Source: Macrostomum lignano
Taxonomy: Eukaryota
NCBI GenBank assembly: GCA_002269645.1
Contig: NIVC01000096.1
Location: 1-64,000 of the forward strand
Direction of reading: 5' to 3'
DNA: 64,000 nucleotides
Shown here: positions 1 to 13,805 of the stretch, one piece after another
How the letters are laid out: each line of letters begins with the position of its first letter
Position numbering within the stretch: position 1 is the first letter of the stretch
The notes under the pieces: generated by a model
Seen by the model: only the letters and a program-made list of their open reading frames with translations
What the model was told of the DNA's origin: nothing
Databases searched by the model: none
Position numbers and translations under genes: made by a program

Positions 1-677
1 TGTACAATACGTGCATGTAGACATGCATCACCTGCTATACGGAATTGCTGTGTAGACGTACAATTCTCACCCGCAAAGTAAAGTTGCAGATTGAAAAAAA
101 ATGATTACATGCAGTAACAACATGTACAAAAGAGCGCCACCAGCAGAAAATTTGTATTGTAAAAGATTGCAAAAAATAGCTTCGAAAAAAAGTCAGTAGC
201 TGCATTGCGCTTACTGCCCTTAGAGATTATTGTGGGGATGTGTATGATTTGACCAGTGCGTGTTGTTTTGGAAAACGTACAAACGTACGGCACTTGTTGT
301 TTGTCCGGCAGTATTAAAACCTTTTGCAAAGATCTTGATTTATAATTCCGTTACTGCAAGGGTTTTCTCACAAGAAAAAAAAGTCCAAATTTAGAGCTCC
401 AAAGTCAGAGGCGAGTGTACACCGCGGCAAGAATCTGGTGGAACGGCCGTACACTCCACTGACGTTCCTGGACTCACCACAGCACAGAATGACTTTTAGA
501 CTTTTAGACATCAGAAAAATAGTTTATATACGTATTTTGAAAGGAAGCTACAGTCTCAGAGAGGTCTGATACTTCTCAGGCGACGCCAGAGGATCGGGCG
601 ACGGAGATATAGACGGCGACGACGATTGAGAATCTTGAGCGCACACAACAACGCGCTGATGCTTCTGGTGATGATGC

Positions 678-3600
678 TTATACAGGCCGGATCGTTCCGG
701 AGAACTGGACGGTGACGACTGCGATACCTGGCTGTAGCTGCACTTCACTCCGCCACCGGCGCCACTGTTGCCTAAGCCGATCCAGCTCCGCTGACGGCAT
801 TACGCCGCCATTTCTCGAACCGTCGCTACCGCTGACGCCATAGCTGCCACGCACTCCACCATCTGTACCGGCGCAGTAGCAATACCCAACTAGACAGATT
901 ATCACTATAGTGACAATACCGACAGCGAATCCGTACACAGCGTGTACAGGTGACAGTCGAAACGGAGTAACTACGGTATCATCAGGTTTGTTTTTCGGCG
1001 ACACAGTAGTTTTTAGCAAGTTCCAATCGGCAGAGTTATTTTTATCAGCTTCCTCTGTAAGACAAATTCCATCATTAGATACGGGATCACAGTCGGCGAA
1101 TAACCACACACTAAACAATGTCCGGTGTGTTTGCTCAAACAGGCGTAACCTTGACGACAACTTGTGCAATTACTAGCTTCGGGACCTGAACAGGTGCGAC
1201 AACTGCTATGACACGGTAGACACATGATAGAAGTTGAGTAGTTTTTATTATTCGAAAGCTGTTCGATCATACCAGCCGTGGCGCTAGCAAACTGTCCGAG
1301 AGGACAAGGTCCCGGCAAACTGACCCGGCTGCAAGGCAACGCGAAGCACTGCCCGGATACCATTGAGTTACCGAACGAAACTTGACAAGCGTACGGCCGC
1401 TCGGCTGGGCACTCTTTCAAGCACCGACCGTTGGCTCCGTTAGCTCCGTCGAGACCGTCGGAGAAGTCCATAAACCGGTCTGGCTGGCACAGGCCGCAAA
1501 TACCAACGTCTGGCAGGCACATTGAGCAGCCGTCGAATTCAGACGGACACGATACCGCGTTAGCCACTGGGTCGATGCATCTCCCATCTGATCGCGATAG
1601 CATTAACGGAGCTCGACAAGACAAGCATTCGCATTGTTTTTGTCGAAAATACTTGAGCACAGGCGGCATTCAGAGTCTGAGCAGGCTAAACAGACACCAC
1701 TCGATGCTAGCCAATGTCCCATAGGACAGTCTCTACCCGCGTAGCAGACTCCGCTAGGCTCTAACAATAGATAACCAGGCTGGCATGAACTGCAATTCGC
1801 TCGAAGCCTGGAGGCAGTCCGGCTTGCACCGTTGAAGCCACTGCAAGCCGCACAACCAACGGACACGGAGCGCAAGCCGCAGCAGACAACTTATCAACGC
1901 CAGTAGTTGCTACAGAATAGTACCTAGCCGGGCAGATTGATCCGGCAGGCATGCACGCTACTAAATCGGCTGCGGTTTCTATGCTACTAGAGTTGCCTAG
2001 CAACGATACAGCGTGAGATCGACAAGCGAGACAATCGCCGCCACGCTTGTTACCAACAGTGTTACCGGGACCGCGACAGACCCGACAAGCAGAGTGACAG
2101 GGTCGGCATATCCGATTCGCTGTGTCCGCATATTCGCCGTCGTCCGTGCGGCAAGATTCGACGCAAACTCCTCCAACGCCGTCGCCCGAAGATCGATAGA
2201 AGTGTCGGCATTGATGACAGTGGTCGGGCCCCGAACCGGTGCAGTTATCGTTGTCGGCGCACAGTCGGTGACAACCGATTGAACCGCCCGGCTCCGACTG
2301 TGGTGGACGAGAGAAGGTTGTATAGAATCTAAATGGCAATAGAAACGGCTTAGAGACGATTTGGGTAATTTTCGGACCAAAAAGAGTGTGAAAGAAATTT
2401 CAATATTTCAGAAATTTTTTAGTAAATGATAAGCCATGATAAGGGATACAAGGCGATTTTGACTGGTGTTGAGTAGTGAAGACCAGTTGTAGATGTAGTT
2501 TTCACTTGCTCCAGTATATTTGTACTTACATAGGTTAAGCGTGACCGCCTCAAAATACTGTGTAGACAAAAACTGCCAGATTTTATCTACTATACCTAGC
2601 ATTTTCTTACTGTACCTAGCTACAAACCTAGGTACAGTATTGGGATTAAGATGGGGGTTAACTAAATATGATAAACTTCTACATTACCAATGCCATTACC
2701 TAGCCAGATAGCAAATACACACTAATTATTATTTGGAAGCTCACCAGCATAACGCTACTCCAAGGCAGCAACCAGTCAGGCATAGGCGGGTTCGGCCGTC
2801 TTAATTGAATAGGCTCCGCCTCGGTGCCATAGAGTACAAGCGTAGCCGTAGCAACGCGTCCATGGTTACTAGGCGAGCCGCGATTCTCGACTAAAATCTG
2901 CCATTTACCAATCGGACTCTCGCGCCAGAACTGGACGGACATGAGAGGCCAGGCTTGAAAGCCGCAGTCGCCATTGTGGTTGTCGTACAGACGAGGAGTT
3001 AGCAGCATAGATTTTGTACCGCCCGGTGAGATCAGGGTCACCTGCAAATTTAGGTGCACATTCAATGAAGTTAATGAGCTACTGTGTAGGGGTACCCTTT
3101 GGGTGGTGCCATAGAACAAGGCGCAGCCAGCCAGGAGGCAAACAATCATGGCCATTTCGTCGAAACCCGATCTCCAACACGCTCACACAGGGTGTACAGC
3201 GGTCACTTTCTGTTTCAACAACCTACCGGCCAATCGTTGTGCGCAAAAGCTATAGTCATTGAATTTTAAGTTACTGACTAGCACAGACACGAGAATAACT
3301 CGATATGTCACCCGCAATTAAAGTTATGAAAAAAGGTAGAGCGTCTAATCATTTTCAGTAGTTCTTCTGCATAGTGTCATTTTAATCTTGTGGCAGCTAA
3401 AATTTCCTTTCCTTCCTCAGGGTTTGCGGCCTCAGGAGCATATGAGGTTAGAATGAACAACAAGCCTCTAACTCGATAAACACAACTAAACGCAAGACGG
3501 ACGAAATCAGTCTAGGGGGGCACGCTTAATCTGGCTCAGCCAATGAGAGAGCAGTAAGGAGAGAGGTCAAAGACGCACGAAAATCAGCCTAGGGGCAGGC

Positions 3601-6600
3601 CCAATCTAGCTCAGCCAATGAGCGGGCAGTAAGGAGAGAGGTTAAAATCAGACGGACGAAAATCAGCCTAGGGGGCAGGCCCAATCTAGCTCAGCCAATG
3701 AGCGGGCAGTAAGGAGAGAGGTTAAAATCAGACGGACGAAAATCAGCCTAAGGGGCAGGCCCAATCTAGCTCAGCCAATGAGCGGGCAGTAAGGAGAGAG
3801 GTTAAAATCAGACGGACGAAAATCAGCCTAAGGGGCAGGCCCAATCTAGCTCAGCCAATGAGAGAGCAGTAAGGAGAGAAGTCAAAGTCAGACACAAGCA
3901 GGCAAGAGGAGAGCCAAACTGTTTATCGGCCTGGCTGGGTATGGGACGCCACGCCACCCCTTGTCTCTCTCATAGTCGCTATGCACACGCACTAGATTTG
4001 GTTGCAGCTTCAAAACCAAATGAAGATGCTGGTTAAATGGGGCCTGCTTGTTAGAAAGCCAGATGCAATTGTTGCATCGTTGTGCAAAAAACTTTCAATT
4101 TTACTAATATAAAGATGAAACGCTAATTTTGCTACTGAAAATAGGAGTATGCGTATCTGTTGCGAGTGACAGATCTAGTTATTCTAGCATCTGTGCTGAC
4201 TACAGACAATCAGTGCCCAAGAAGTTATGCTTTGAAGGTAAAAAAAGCATAAACAGCAATGAGATTTCCAAACCTGTAATTGTCCTCTATTTGAATAGCT
4301 GGCATCCAAGTGCAACTGCACCGATTCCAGAACTCTGACAGTCTTTCCCTTTCCACCGTTGCAGCTACAGCCGCCACTGCTGACTACAACAGAGATGGAC
4401 AGGGCGCCTTGCACGGGCACCTGTTGATTAGCCACAACTGGGTCGCATTGGCATCTCAGCATCTGAGGCACCTGTCTAGCCCACAGCCTAGCCAATGCAA
4501 CCATTCTTGCAGCCGACATCAAACCGAATCCATAGCGTCTAGAATGACGCAATCCAGCTTGATTGCGCAACCATTCCGCGTCGAATAGAAAATCGCCAGA
4601 ATTGGCTCCGACCACTGTGATGTGTTGTACATCGCGCCAGGTTAAATTACTGTTAGCCTGCAGTACCAATGCTACAATTGCTGCTGCTATGGGAGCCGAA
4701 GCAGATGTGCCCGTGTGAGTGCTCGTGCACTGACCCCGGAGATCCGTGGTTACCACCTTGATTAGGTTGCGAAGGGAGTAAACATTTAGAATATAATGGA
4801 TTGCTAATCTAGTCAATAACATTCGGAATAGAATCGATTCTAGCATTTAGCATCTAGCATTTAGCATCTAGCATTCTAGCATCCAGCTAATCTAGTCAAT
4901 AACATTGAGAATGGAATGGATTTCTAATCTAGTCAATTAGATGAGACATAGAATTGATTGCTAATCTAGTCAATTACATTGTAAATAGAATGGATTGCTA
5001 ATCTAATCAATTATAGTGAGACATAGAATTGATTGCTAATCTAGTCAATTACATTGAGAATAGAATGGATTAACTAATATAGCCAGTTAGATTAAGGGTA
5101 GAATCAATTGCTTATCTGGTTAAATGGTGGAACAATTAACCGATAGTGCAAATTCACCAAGACAACAATAATCACCTGTTTATCATTGTGCCCACCGCTA
5201 CTATAAGTGGCGGCTAGGGTGCTGGCGCACTCCTCCAGATACCAGGGCTTAGAATTGCGCTGCGTTATACTACTAACGCTAAGCGTATAGACGCTATTAG
5301 TGTAGCCGTCGCAGGCGCAACTGTCGGATTTGTGACCCCCATTGCCGGATGCCCAGACAAAAATATTTCCAAGACCGTTGCGGCCCTACAAATGAAAGAA
5401 ATTTTTTTTCTATCTGTAGGAAACAAAATTTGCGTATATTTTTACTTGTTTGGATACAAATCAGTAGCTAAACTAGCGCATTCGTATAAAAATTAACAGG
5501 AAACAAAAAACAGTAGCAAATTAGCAGGCACTTATTTAAGTTCAGAGCAGCTATCAACTGATAAGATTGTTGAGTTTAGAGCTCAGAGAGCAGCTATTAA
5601 CTGATAAGATTGTTGAGTTTAGAGCTCAGAGAGCAGCTATCAACTGATAAGATTGTTGAGTTTAGAGCTCAGAGGGCAGCTATCAACTGATAAGATTGTT
5701 GAGTTTAGAGCTCAGAGAGCAGCTATCAACTGATAAGATTGTTGAGTTTAGAGCTCAGAGAGCAGCTATCAACTGATAAGATTGTTGAGTTTAGAGCTCA
5801 GAGGGCAGCTATCAACTGATAAGATTGTTGAGTTTAGAGCTCAGAGGGCAGCTATCAACTGATAAGATTGTTGAGTTTAGAGCTCAGAGAGCAGCTATCA
5901 ACTGATAAGATTGTTGAGTTTAGAGCTCAGAGAGCAGCTATCAACTGATAAGATTGTTGAGTTTAGAGCTCAGAGGGCAGCTATCAACTGATAAGATTGT
6001 TGAGTTTAGAGCTCAGAGGGCAGCTATCAACTGATGAGATTGTTGAGTTTAGAGCTCAGAGAGCAGCTATCAACTGATAAGATTGTTGAGTTTATAAACT
6101 GATAAGATTTGGATTCAGAGAAATATTTAAACAAAATATACAATTACACTACTGACTATAAGTAGATTAATATGCGCTTAGCAGTCTATCAAAATATAAA
6201 CAGAACCCACAAACCTGTGGTGGAAAGCAATAACCAGAATCTCAAAGTACTCCAACGTTGGCATGCGTCACAATGAAATGCGCAATTTCAAAAACGAATT
6301 CCTTTCCTCGGTACATTTAGTGTTGTCTTAGAACTGGGTCAATTCACGTAATGCATAAATTCATAAACTTAATTAACAAGGAAATTTATTAAAATGCTGC
6401 GCATTAAAAAATCTAGGCATTACATATTTATTTCGCGTGCATTAGAATATTATAAGAAATTGTTATAATGCGCAAATCTTTAAAACAAAATTCAATCGTG
6501 TTTTGGTTCAAGTTTAGGAAAACTACCGAACTAAAACTTCTTGAAAACAGGGGTAGAACACACTGATGGGCAGTGGTAGAACACACTGATGGACAGGGGT

Positions 6601-9600
6601 AGAACACACTGATGGACAGGGGTAGAACACACTGATGGACAGGGGTAGAACACACTGATGGACAGGGGTAGGGTAGAACACACTGATGGACAGGGGTAGA
6701 ACACACTGATGGACAGGGGTAGGGTAGAACACACTGATGGACAGGGGTAGAACACACTGATGGACAGGGGTAGAACACACTGATGGACAGGGGTAGAACA
6801 CACTGATGGACAGGGGTAGAACACACTGATGGACAGGGGTAGAACACACTGATGGACAGGGGTAGAACACACTGATGGACAGGGGTAGAACACACTGATG
6901 GACAGGGGTAGAACACACTGATGGACAGGGGTAGAACACACTGATGGACAGGGGTAGAACACACTGATGGACAGGGGTAGAACACACTGATGGACAGGGG
7001 TAGAACACACTGATGGACAGGGGTAGAACACACTGATGGACAGGGGTAGAACACACTGATGGACAGGGGTAGAACACACTGATGGACAGGGGTAGAACAC
7101 ACTGATGGACAGGGGTAGAACACACTGATGGACAGGGGTAGAACACACTGATGGACAGGGGTAGAACACACTGATGGACAGGGGTAGAACACACTGATGG
7201 ACAGGGGTAGAACACACTGATGGACAGGGGTAGAACACACTGATGGACAGGGGTAGAACACACTGATGGACAGGGGTAGAACACACTGATGGACAGGGGT
7301 AGAACACACTGATGGACAGGGGTAGAACACACTGATGGACAGGGGTAGAACACACTGATGGACAGGGGTAGGGTAGAACACACTGATGGACAGGGGTAGA
7401 ACACACTGATGGACAGGGGTAGAACACACTGATGGACAGGGGTAGAACACACTGATGGACAGGGGTAGAACACACTGATGGGCAGTGGTAGAACACACTG
7501 ATGGACAGGGGTAGAACACACTGATGGACAGGGGTAGGGTAGAACACACTGATGGACAGGGGTAGAACACACTGATGGACAGGGGTAGAACACACTGATG
7601 GACAGGGTAGAACACACTGATGGACAGGGGTAGAACACACTGATGGACAGGGGTAGAACACACTAATGGACAGGGGTAGAACACACTGATGGACAGGGGT
7701 AGGGGTAGAACACACTGATGGACAGGGGTAGAACACACTGATGGACAGGGGTAGAACACACTGATGGACAGGGGTAGAACACACTGATGGACAGGGGTAG
7801 AACACACTGATGGACAGGGGTAGAACACACTGATGGACAGGGGTAGAACACACTGATGGACAGGGGTAGAACACACTGATGGACAGGGGTAGAACACACT
7901 AATGGACAGGGGTAGAACACACTGATAGACAGGGGTAGAACACACTGATGGACAGGGGTAGAACACACTGATGGACAGGGGTAGAACACACTGATGGACA
8001 GGGGTAGAACACACTGATGGACAGGGGTAGAACACACTGATGGACAGGGGTAGAACACACTGATGGACAGGGGTAGAACACACTGATGGACAGGGGTAGA
8101 ACACACTGATGGACAGGGGTAGAACACACTGATGGACAGGGGTAGAACACACTGATGGACAGGGGTAGAACACACTGATGGACAGGGGTAGAACACACTA
8201 ATGGACAGGGGTAGAACACACTGATAGACAGGGGTAGAACACACTGATGGACAGGGGTAGAACACACTGATGGACAGGGGTAGAACACACTGATGGACAG
8301 GGGTAGAACACACTGATGGACAGGGGTAGAACACACTGATGGACAGGGGTAGAACACACTGATAGACAGGGGTAGAACACACTGATGGACAGGGGTAGAA
8401 CACACTGATGGACAGGGGTAGAACACACTGATGGACAGGGGTAGAACACACTGATGGACAGGGGTAGAACACACTGATGGACAGGGGTAGAACACACTGA
8501 TGGACAGGGGTAGAACACACTGATGGACAGGGGTAGAACACACTGATGGACAGGGGTAGAACACACTGATAGACAGGGGTAGAACACACTGATGGACAGG
8601 GGTAGAAGTAAGAACACACTGATAGACAGGGGTAGAACACACTGATGGACAGGGGTAGAACACACTGATGGACAGGGGTAGAACACACTGATGGACAGGG
8701 GTAGAACACACTGATGGACAGGGGTAGAACACACTGATGGACAGGGGTAGAACACACTGATGGACAGGGGTAGAACACACTGATGGACAGGGGTAGAACA
8801 CACTGATGGACAGGGGTAGAACACACTGATGGACAGGGGTAGAACACACTGATGGACAGGGGTAGAACACACTAATGGACAGGGGTAGAACACACTGATA
8901 GACAGGGGTAGAACACACTGATGGACAGGGGTAGAACACACTGATGGACAGGGGTAGAACACACTGATGGACAGGGGTAGAACACACTGATGGACAGGGG
9001 TAGAACACACTGATGGACAGGGGTAGAACACACTGATGGACAGGGGTAGAACACACTGATGGACAGGGGTAGGGTAGAACACACTGATGGACAGGGGTAG
9101 AACACACTGATGGACAGGGGTAGAACACACTGATGGACAGGGGTAGAACACACTGATGGACAGGGGTAGAACACACTAATGGACAGGGGTAGAACACACT
9201 GATAGACAGGGGTAGAACACACTGATGGACAGGGGTAGAACACACTGATGGACAGGGGTAGAACACACTGATGGACAGGGGTAGAACACACTGATGGACA
9301 GGGGTAGAACACACTGATGGACAGGGGTAGAACACACTGATAGACAGGGGTAGAACACACTGATGGACAGGGGTAGAACACACTGATGGACAGGGGTAGA
9401 ACACACTGATGGACAGGGGTAGAACACACTGATGGACAGGGGTAGAACACACTGATGGACAGGGGTAGAACACACTGATGGACAGGGGTAGAACACACTG
9501 ATGGACAGGGGTAGAACACACTGATGGACAGGGGTAGAACACACTGATGGACAGGGGTAGAACACACTGATGGACAGGGGTAGAACACACTGATGGACAG

Positions 9601-10461
9601 GGGTAGAACACACTAATGGACAGGGGTAGAACACACTGATAGACAGGGGTAGAACACACTGATGGACAGGGGTAGAACACACTGATGGACAGGGGTAGAA
9701 CACACTGATGGACAGGGGTAGAACACACTGATGGACAGGGGTAGAACACACTGCGTAGATGAGTAGAACTGCCTAGTAAAACTATACCCACAATAGAAGT
9801 AACTTTATGAGCAACAAAAACTCAATACATGAAGTTGCATTGCACAATGACTGCAGCCAAGTACAAGTGACTACTATATTGCCTACATAAAATTAGTCAT
9901 TAATTATTTAGAAGCAGCACTATATAGACAGGATGAGGGCAAGCCCAGTGCATTCCAATTGGAACTATTGAATTGTGGCAGGGAAACCCAATTTAAAATT
10001 GATGTGTGAAGGCAACGGCACCATAAAATGCAGTTAAAGGTAATCACACTGCTGGTCTGTTTACTTGTAAACTTTAGTGAATATGATGTATATTCAATAG
10101 TTTTTATGTATCCATCATTTATATTGAATCTATTTCTCATCAGTAAATATTTCGATTATTCTATTGAATATGTACGGTCAAAACTTCAAGATACTTTGTA
10201 TTTCCAGTCGAATAATTATTTTTTAAATCAATCAATCAATAAATTAGTTAATAAAAAATCATTCAATCAATCGAACAATCTATTATTCAATCAATCAATT
10301 CAATCAATCGATCAATCAATTGTTCAATAAATTAATTCGATCAATCGAACAATCCAATATTCAATCAATCAATCAATTAGTTAATAAAAAATCAATCAAT
10401 CAATCAAACAATCCATTATTCAATCAATCAATCAATCAATCGATCAATCAAACAATCAGTT

Positions 10462-10497
<36 letters not shown>

Positions 10498-10558
10498 CAT
10501 TATTCAATCAATCAATCAATCAATCGATCAATCAATCCATTATTCAATCAATCAATCG

Positions 10559-10597
<39 letters not shown>

Positions 10598-10725
10598 CAT
10601 TATTTAATCAATCAATCAATCAATCGATCAATCAAACAATCAGTTAATCAATCAATCAATCAATCAATCAAACAATCCATTATTCAATCAATCAATCAAT
10701 CAATCGATCAATCAAACAATCAGTT

Positions 10726-10757
<32 letters not shown>

Positions 10758-13700
10758 CATTATCCAATCAATCAGTTCAATCAATCAATCAATCCATTAT
10801 TCAATAAATCAGTTCAATCAATCAATCAATCCATTATTCAATAAATCAGTTCAATCAATCAATCAATCCATTATTCAATAAATCAGTTCAATCAATAAAT
10901 CAGTTCAACCAATCAATCAGTTCAACCAATCAATCAGTTCAATCAATCAATTCATTATTCAATCAATCAATTCAATCAATCGAACAATCAATTATTCAAT
11001 CAATCAGTTCAATCAATCAATCCATTATACAATAAATCAATCAATCAATCTGCAACCAATCAATTAATCAAACAAATTAATAAATAAATTAATAAAAAAT
11101 CAATCAATCAATTAATTAATTAAAAATGAATCAATCAGTCAATCAATTAACCAATCAAATGAATTAATCAACCGATAAATCGATTTGATAATAATTTTCT
11201 ATTCAAGAATCAACGAACGCAACCAGCCAATGCTACCAAAAATACATTAGATAACAAAATCCCCAACACTGCAACACAAACGCACTCACCGAACTGACGC
11301 CCTTCAGAAAAGCCTGTTTAGCCAACCGGCCAGGCCCGTCCACTGTCCGGCCATCATCGTCCGGACCCCAGGACGCTGAATAAATGTCAATGTGGCCCTG
11401 ATTGTGGCTTAGCGACTCTGCTTCCACACTGTCCGTGATGGGGCCGTCCAGCATCCTGACGCCTGCGAGAGGAGAAGGGTGAACTGGAGTCAAGAGTTCA
11501 ATGACTGAGCGATGAGCTGAGGTCACCCTAACGGCCCTGGCTGTCCACTCACCCCCAATTCGAGCGTCAAAGGCGATGCCGACAGAGCAGACTCCGTTGT
11601 TAGCCGTGGCGGCCACTTCGCCAGCGCAGCGGGTGCCGTGACTGCGGTATGGCGGAAATAACAATGCGATACAACTGCACTAGTAAAAATGCAGTGCTCA
11701 GCAGATCCCGTGTTTTATTTGCTCATATTAGCAAGGCTTCTTATGTGGGGGAATTTGAGTGGGGGAATTACTCAGATTGTCGAGGACTCAAATGGGGGGG
11801 GGATTACTCAGATTGTCGAGGACTCAAATGGGGGGGAATTCTCAGATTGGCAAGGAGTCAAATATATGTGGGAATGGCTCAGATTATCAATGACTCAAAT
11901 GGGGTGAATTGCTCAGATTGGCAAGGACTCAAATGGGGTGAATTGCTCAGATTGGCAAGGACTCAAATGGGGTGAATTGCTCAGATTGGCAAGGACTCAA
12001 ATGGGGGGGGGAATTCTCAGATTGGCAAGGACTCAAATGGGGAGGAATTGCTCAGATTGGCAAGGACTCAAATGAGGGGGGAATTCTCAGATTGGCAAGG
12101 ACTCAAATGGGGAGGAATTGCTCAGATTGGCAAGGACTCAAATGGGGTGAATTGCTCAGATTGGCAAGGACTCAAATGGGGGGGGGAATTCTCAGATTGG
12201 CAAGGACTCAAATGGGGAGGAATTGCTCAGATTGGCAAGGACTCAAATGGGGAGGAAATGCTCAGATTGGCAAGGACTCAAATGGGGAGGAATTGCTCAG
12301 ATTGGCAAGGACTCAAATGGGGAGGAATTGCTCAGATTGGCAAGGACTCAAATGGGGAGGAATTGCTCAGATTGGCAAGGACTCAAATGGGGAGGAAATG
12401 CTCAGATTGGCAAGGACTCAAATGGGGAGGAATTGCTCAGATTGGCAAGGACTCAAATGGGGAGGAATTGCTCAGATTGGCAAGGACTCAAATGGGGGGG
12501 AATTCTCAGATTGGCAAGGACTCAAATGGGGAGGAAATGCTCAGATTGGCAAGGACTCAAATGGGGAGGAAATGCTCAGATTGGCAAGGACTCAAATGGG
12601 GGGGGGAATTCTCAGATTGGCAAGGACTCAAATGGGGAGGAAATGCTCAGATTGGCAAGGACTCAAATGGGGAGGAAATGCTCAGATTGGCAAGGACTCA
12701 AATGGGGAGGAAATGCTCAGATTGGCAAGGACTCAAATGGGGGGATTGCTGAGAGTTGCTCACGGGGAGGGAATTTCTGAGGTGCCAAAACTCCTGAGGG
12801 GATTGCTGAAATGCTGTGGCTTATGGAGGAGGGGAGTTGCCAAACCCGTTCCTAAGTTGTTGGTAACGGTAAGGCCAAGCCAAAAGCAGATGACATGGAG
12901 AGTTGGGTTAAGCCATGGCAGGCTTTCAGGGCAGATGCTTTGTAGCTTTAAACATCAATTTCCTTAGTATACTAGCGAAACTGTACAAGGCCAAAACCTA
13001 CATGTAGTTTACTCAAAAAACCCAACGGGGGCGCAGATTGCTAGTCCACTATACTAAAAATGGTTTGTCCGTATCTATCTATGAAATTGATCAGAAAATT
13101 TACTCTGGTAGCCCAGATATTAATCAACCACTAAATAATATTCACTAACCGATTCACATTAGTAGGCGTGTCCCTAGGTGCCGGATCTGCATCGTGACCA
13201 TTAATATCGTAGCTAGCATCCGGGTCATAGTTGTCCTTAAGATCGCTATGCCAATGCTCAATGCCATCGTCCAGTATGCTAACAACAAGTCCTTTGCCAC
13301 TGTAGCCCATAGACCAGACTGACCTCACATCCAGATCGTGGCCGCCCAATGCTCCAGATTGTAAATACCACTGTTGAGAATAGAACGGATCGTTAAAAAA
13401 TAAATAATCCGCACTCATGGTGGTACCGAAATCTCGCTTCACTCGTTGCTTAGCAACTTGAGGCTCGGCCCAAACTACTAAAGCGTGTCGACGTATTCGA
13501 TGTGTTATTCGATTGGTAGTATTATCATTATTCTTATATTTTTTATTGATTCCTAACCGACTGCACCGCATCAAGGCGAAATGGTTGATCAGATTTAAAT
13601 GTCGAACGACTTGACAGCCATGAACTGCTGCTACTGTTGCCGCGTCAGATGGTTGCAAAAGTTCCACTGCCAATAGGTTCTGTGCATTAAGATCTAGAGC

Positions 13701-13805
13701 TTGTTGGCACAGTGCTGGTCTAAATTCTACTATAGTAACTATTAGAAGTGCAGTTGCCAGTAGGTCAGTATGGCGAATAATTTTATTAAGCCCCCAGTAC
13801 TCCAT
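678..13805 (-). CDS. Furin/PCSK5-6-like proprotein convertase (S8 subtilase + P domain + Cys-rich furin repeats + TM); 3' exon interrupted by apparent frameshifts
   Basis: Phase-consistent GT-AG exons: 13805-13150 (signal peptide, prodomain ending RVKR, SILDDG with catalytic Asp), 11641-11553 (RHGTRCAGE, catalytic His), 11462-11290 ([17 protein letters not shown]), 5385-5176 ([17 protein letters not shown], oxyanion Asn), 4756-4274 (HTGTSASAP, catalytic Ser; LTWRDVQH; YGFG), 3041-2745 (P domain [15 protein letters not shown]), 2297-~678 (FU repeats, [24 protein letters not shown], tail). The last exon needs three -1 shifts near 1861, 1640 and 1100. The C-terminus is either 678 or 548. Confidence 0.95.
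3495..3890. repeat. 80-bp tandem repeat (about 5 units) inside a dispersed repeat of about 630 bp (3260-3890), in a convertase intron
   Basis: ccaatctagctcagccaatgag recurs at 3601, 3681, 3761 and 3841. The region is the reverse complement of 27790-28150. Confidence 0.9.
4850..5080. repeat. Degenerate ~50-bp intronic tandem repeat
   Basis: Recurrent ctaatctagtcaat..attgaga..agaat motif in the intron between exons at 5176 and 4756. Confidence 0.75.
5545..6110. repeat. 43-bp minisatellite, about 13 copies
   Basis: Unit cagctatcaactgataagattgttgagtttagagctcagagag; copies start at 5591 and 5634. Confidence 0.95.
6551..9752. repeat. 23-bp minisatellite, about 3.2 kb (about 140 copies), intronic
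   Basis: Unit ggggtagaacacactgatggaca. It explains the 23-aa periodic ORFs in all three minus frames. Confidence 0.98.
10220..11160. repeat. (TCAA)n microsatellite, imperfect
   Basis: Long aatc/tcaa runs with interspersed ccattatt units. Confidence 0.95.
11760..12750. repeat. ~35-bp minisatellite in convertase intron 1
   Basis: Unit gctcagattggcaaggactcaaatggggaggaatt, with variable G-run length. Confidence 0.95.

Noticed and set aside
1841-1923. 83-nt GT-AG intron that could repair the first convertase frameshift
   Set aside because: It is phase-compatible but would delete the CxxC..CxxC core of a furin repeat that is plainly encoded there; a 1-nt deletion explains the pattern better.
6428-9791. 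Long Cys/Pro-rich ORFs (up to 630 aa) on the minus strand
   Set aside because: Translation of the 23-bp satellite in all three frames. The unit is not a multiple of 3, and the array lies in a phase-consistent intron of the convertase.
11972-12967. 331/234/185-aa plus-strand ORFs
   Set aside because: Products of the 35-bp minisatellite, antisense within convertase intron 1.
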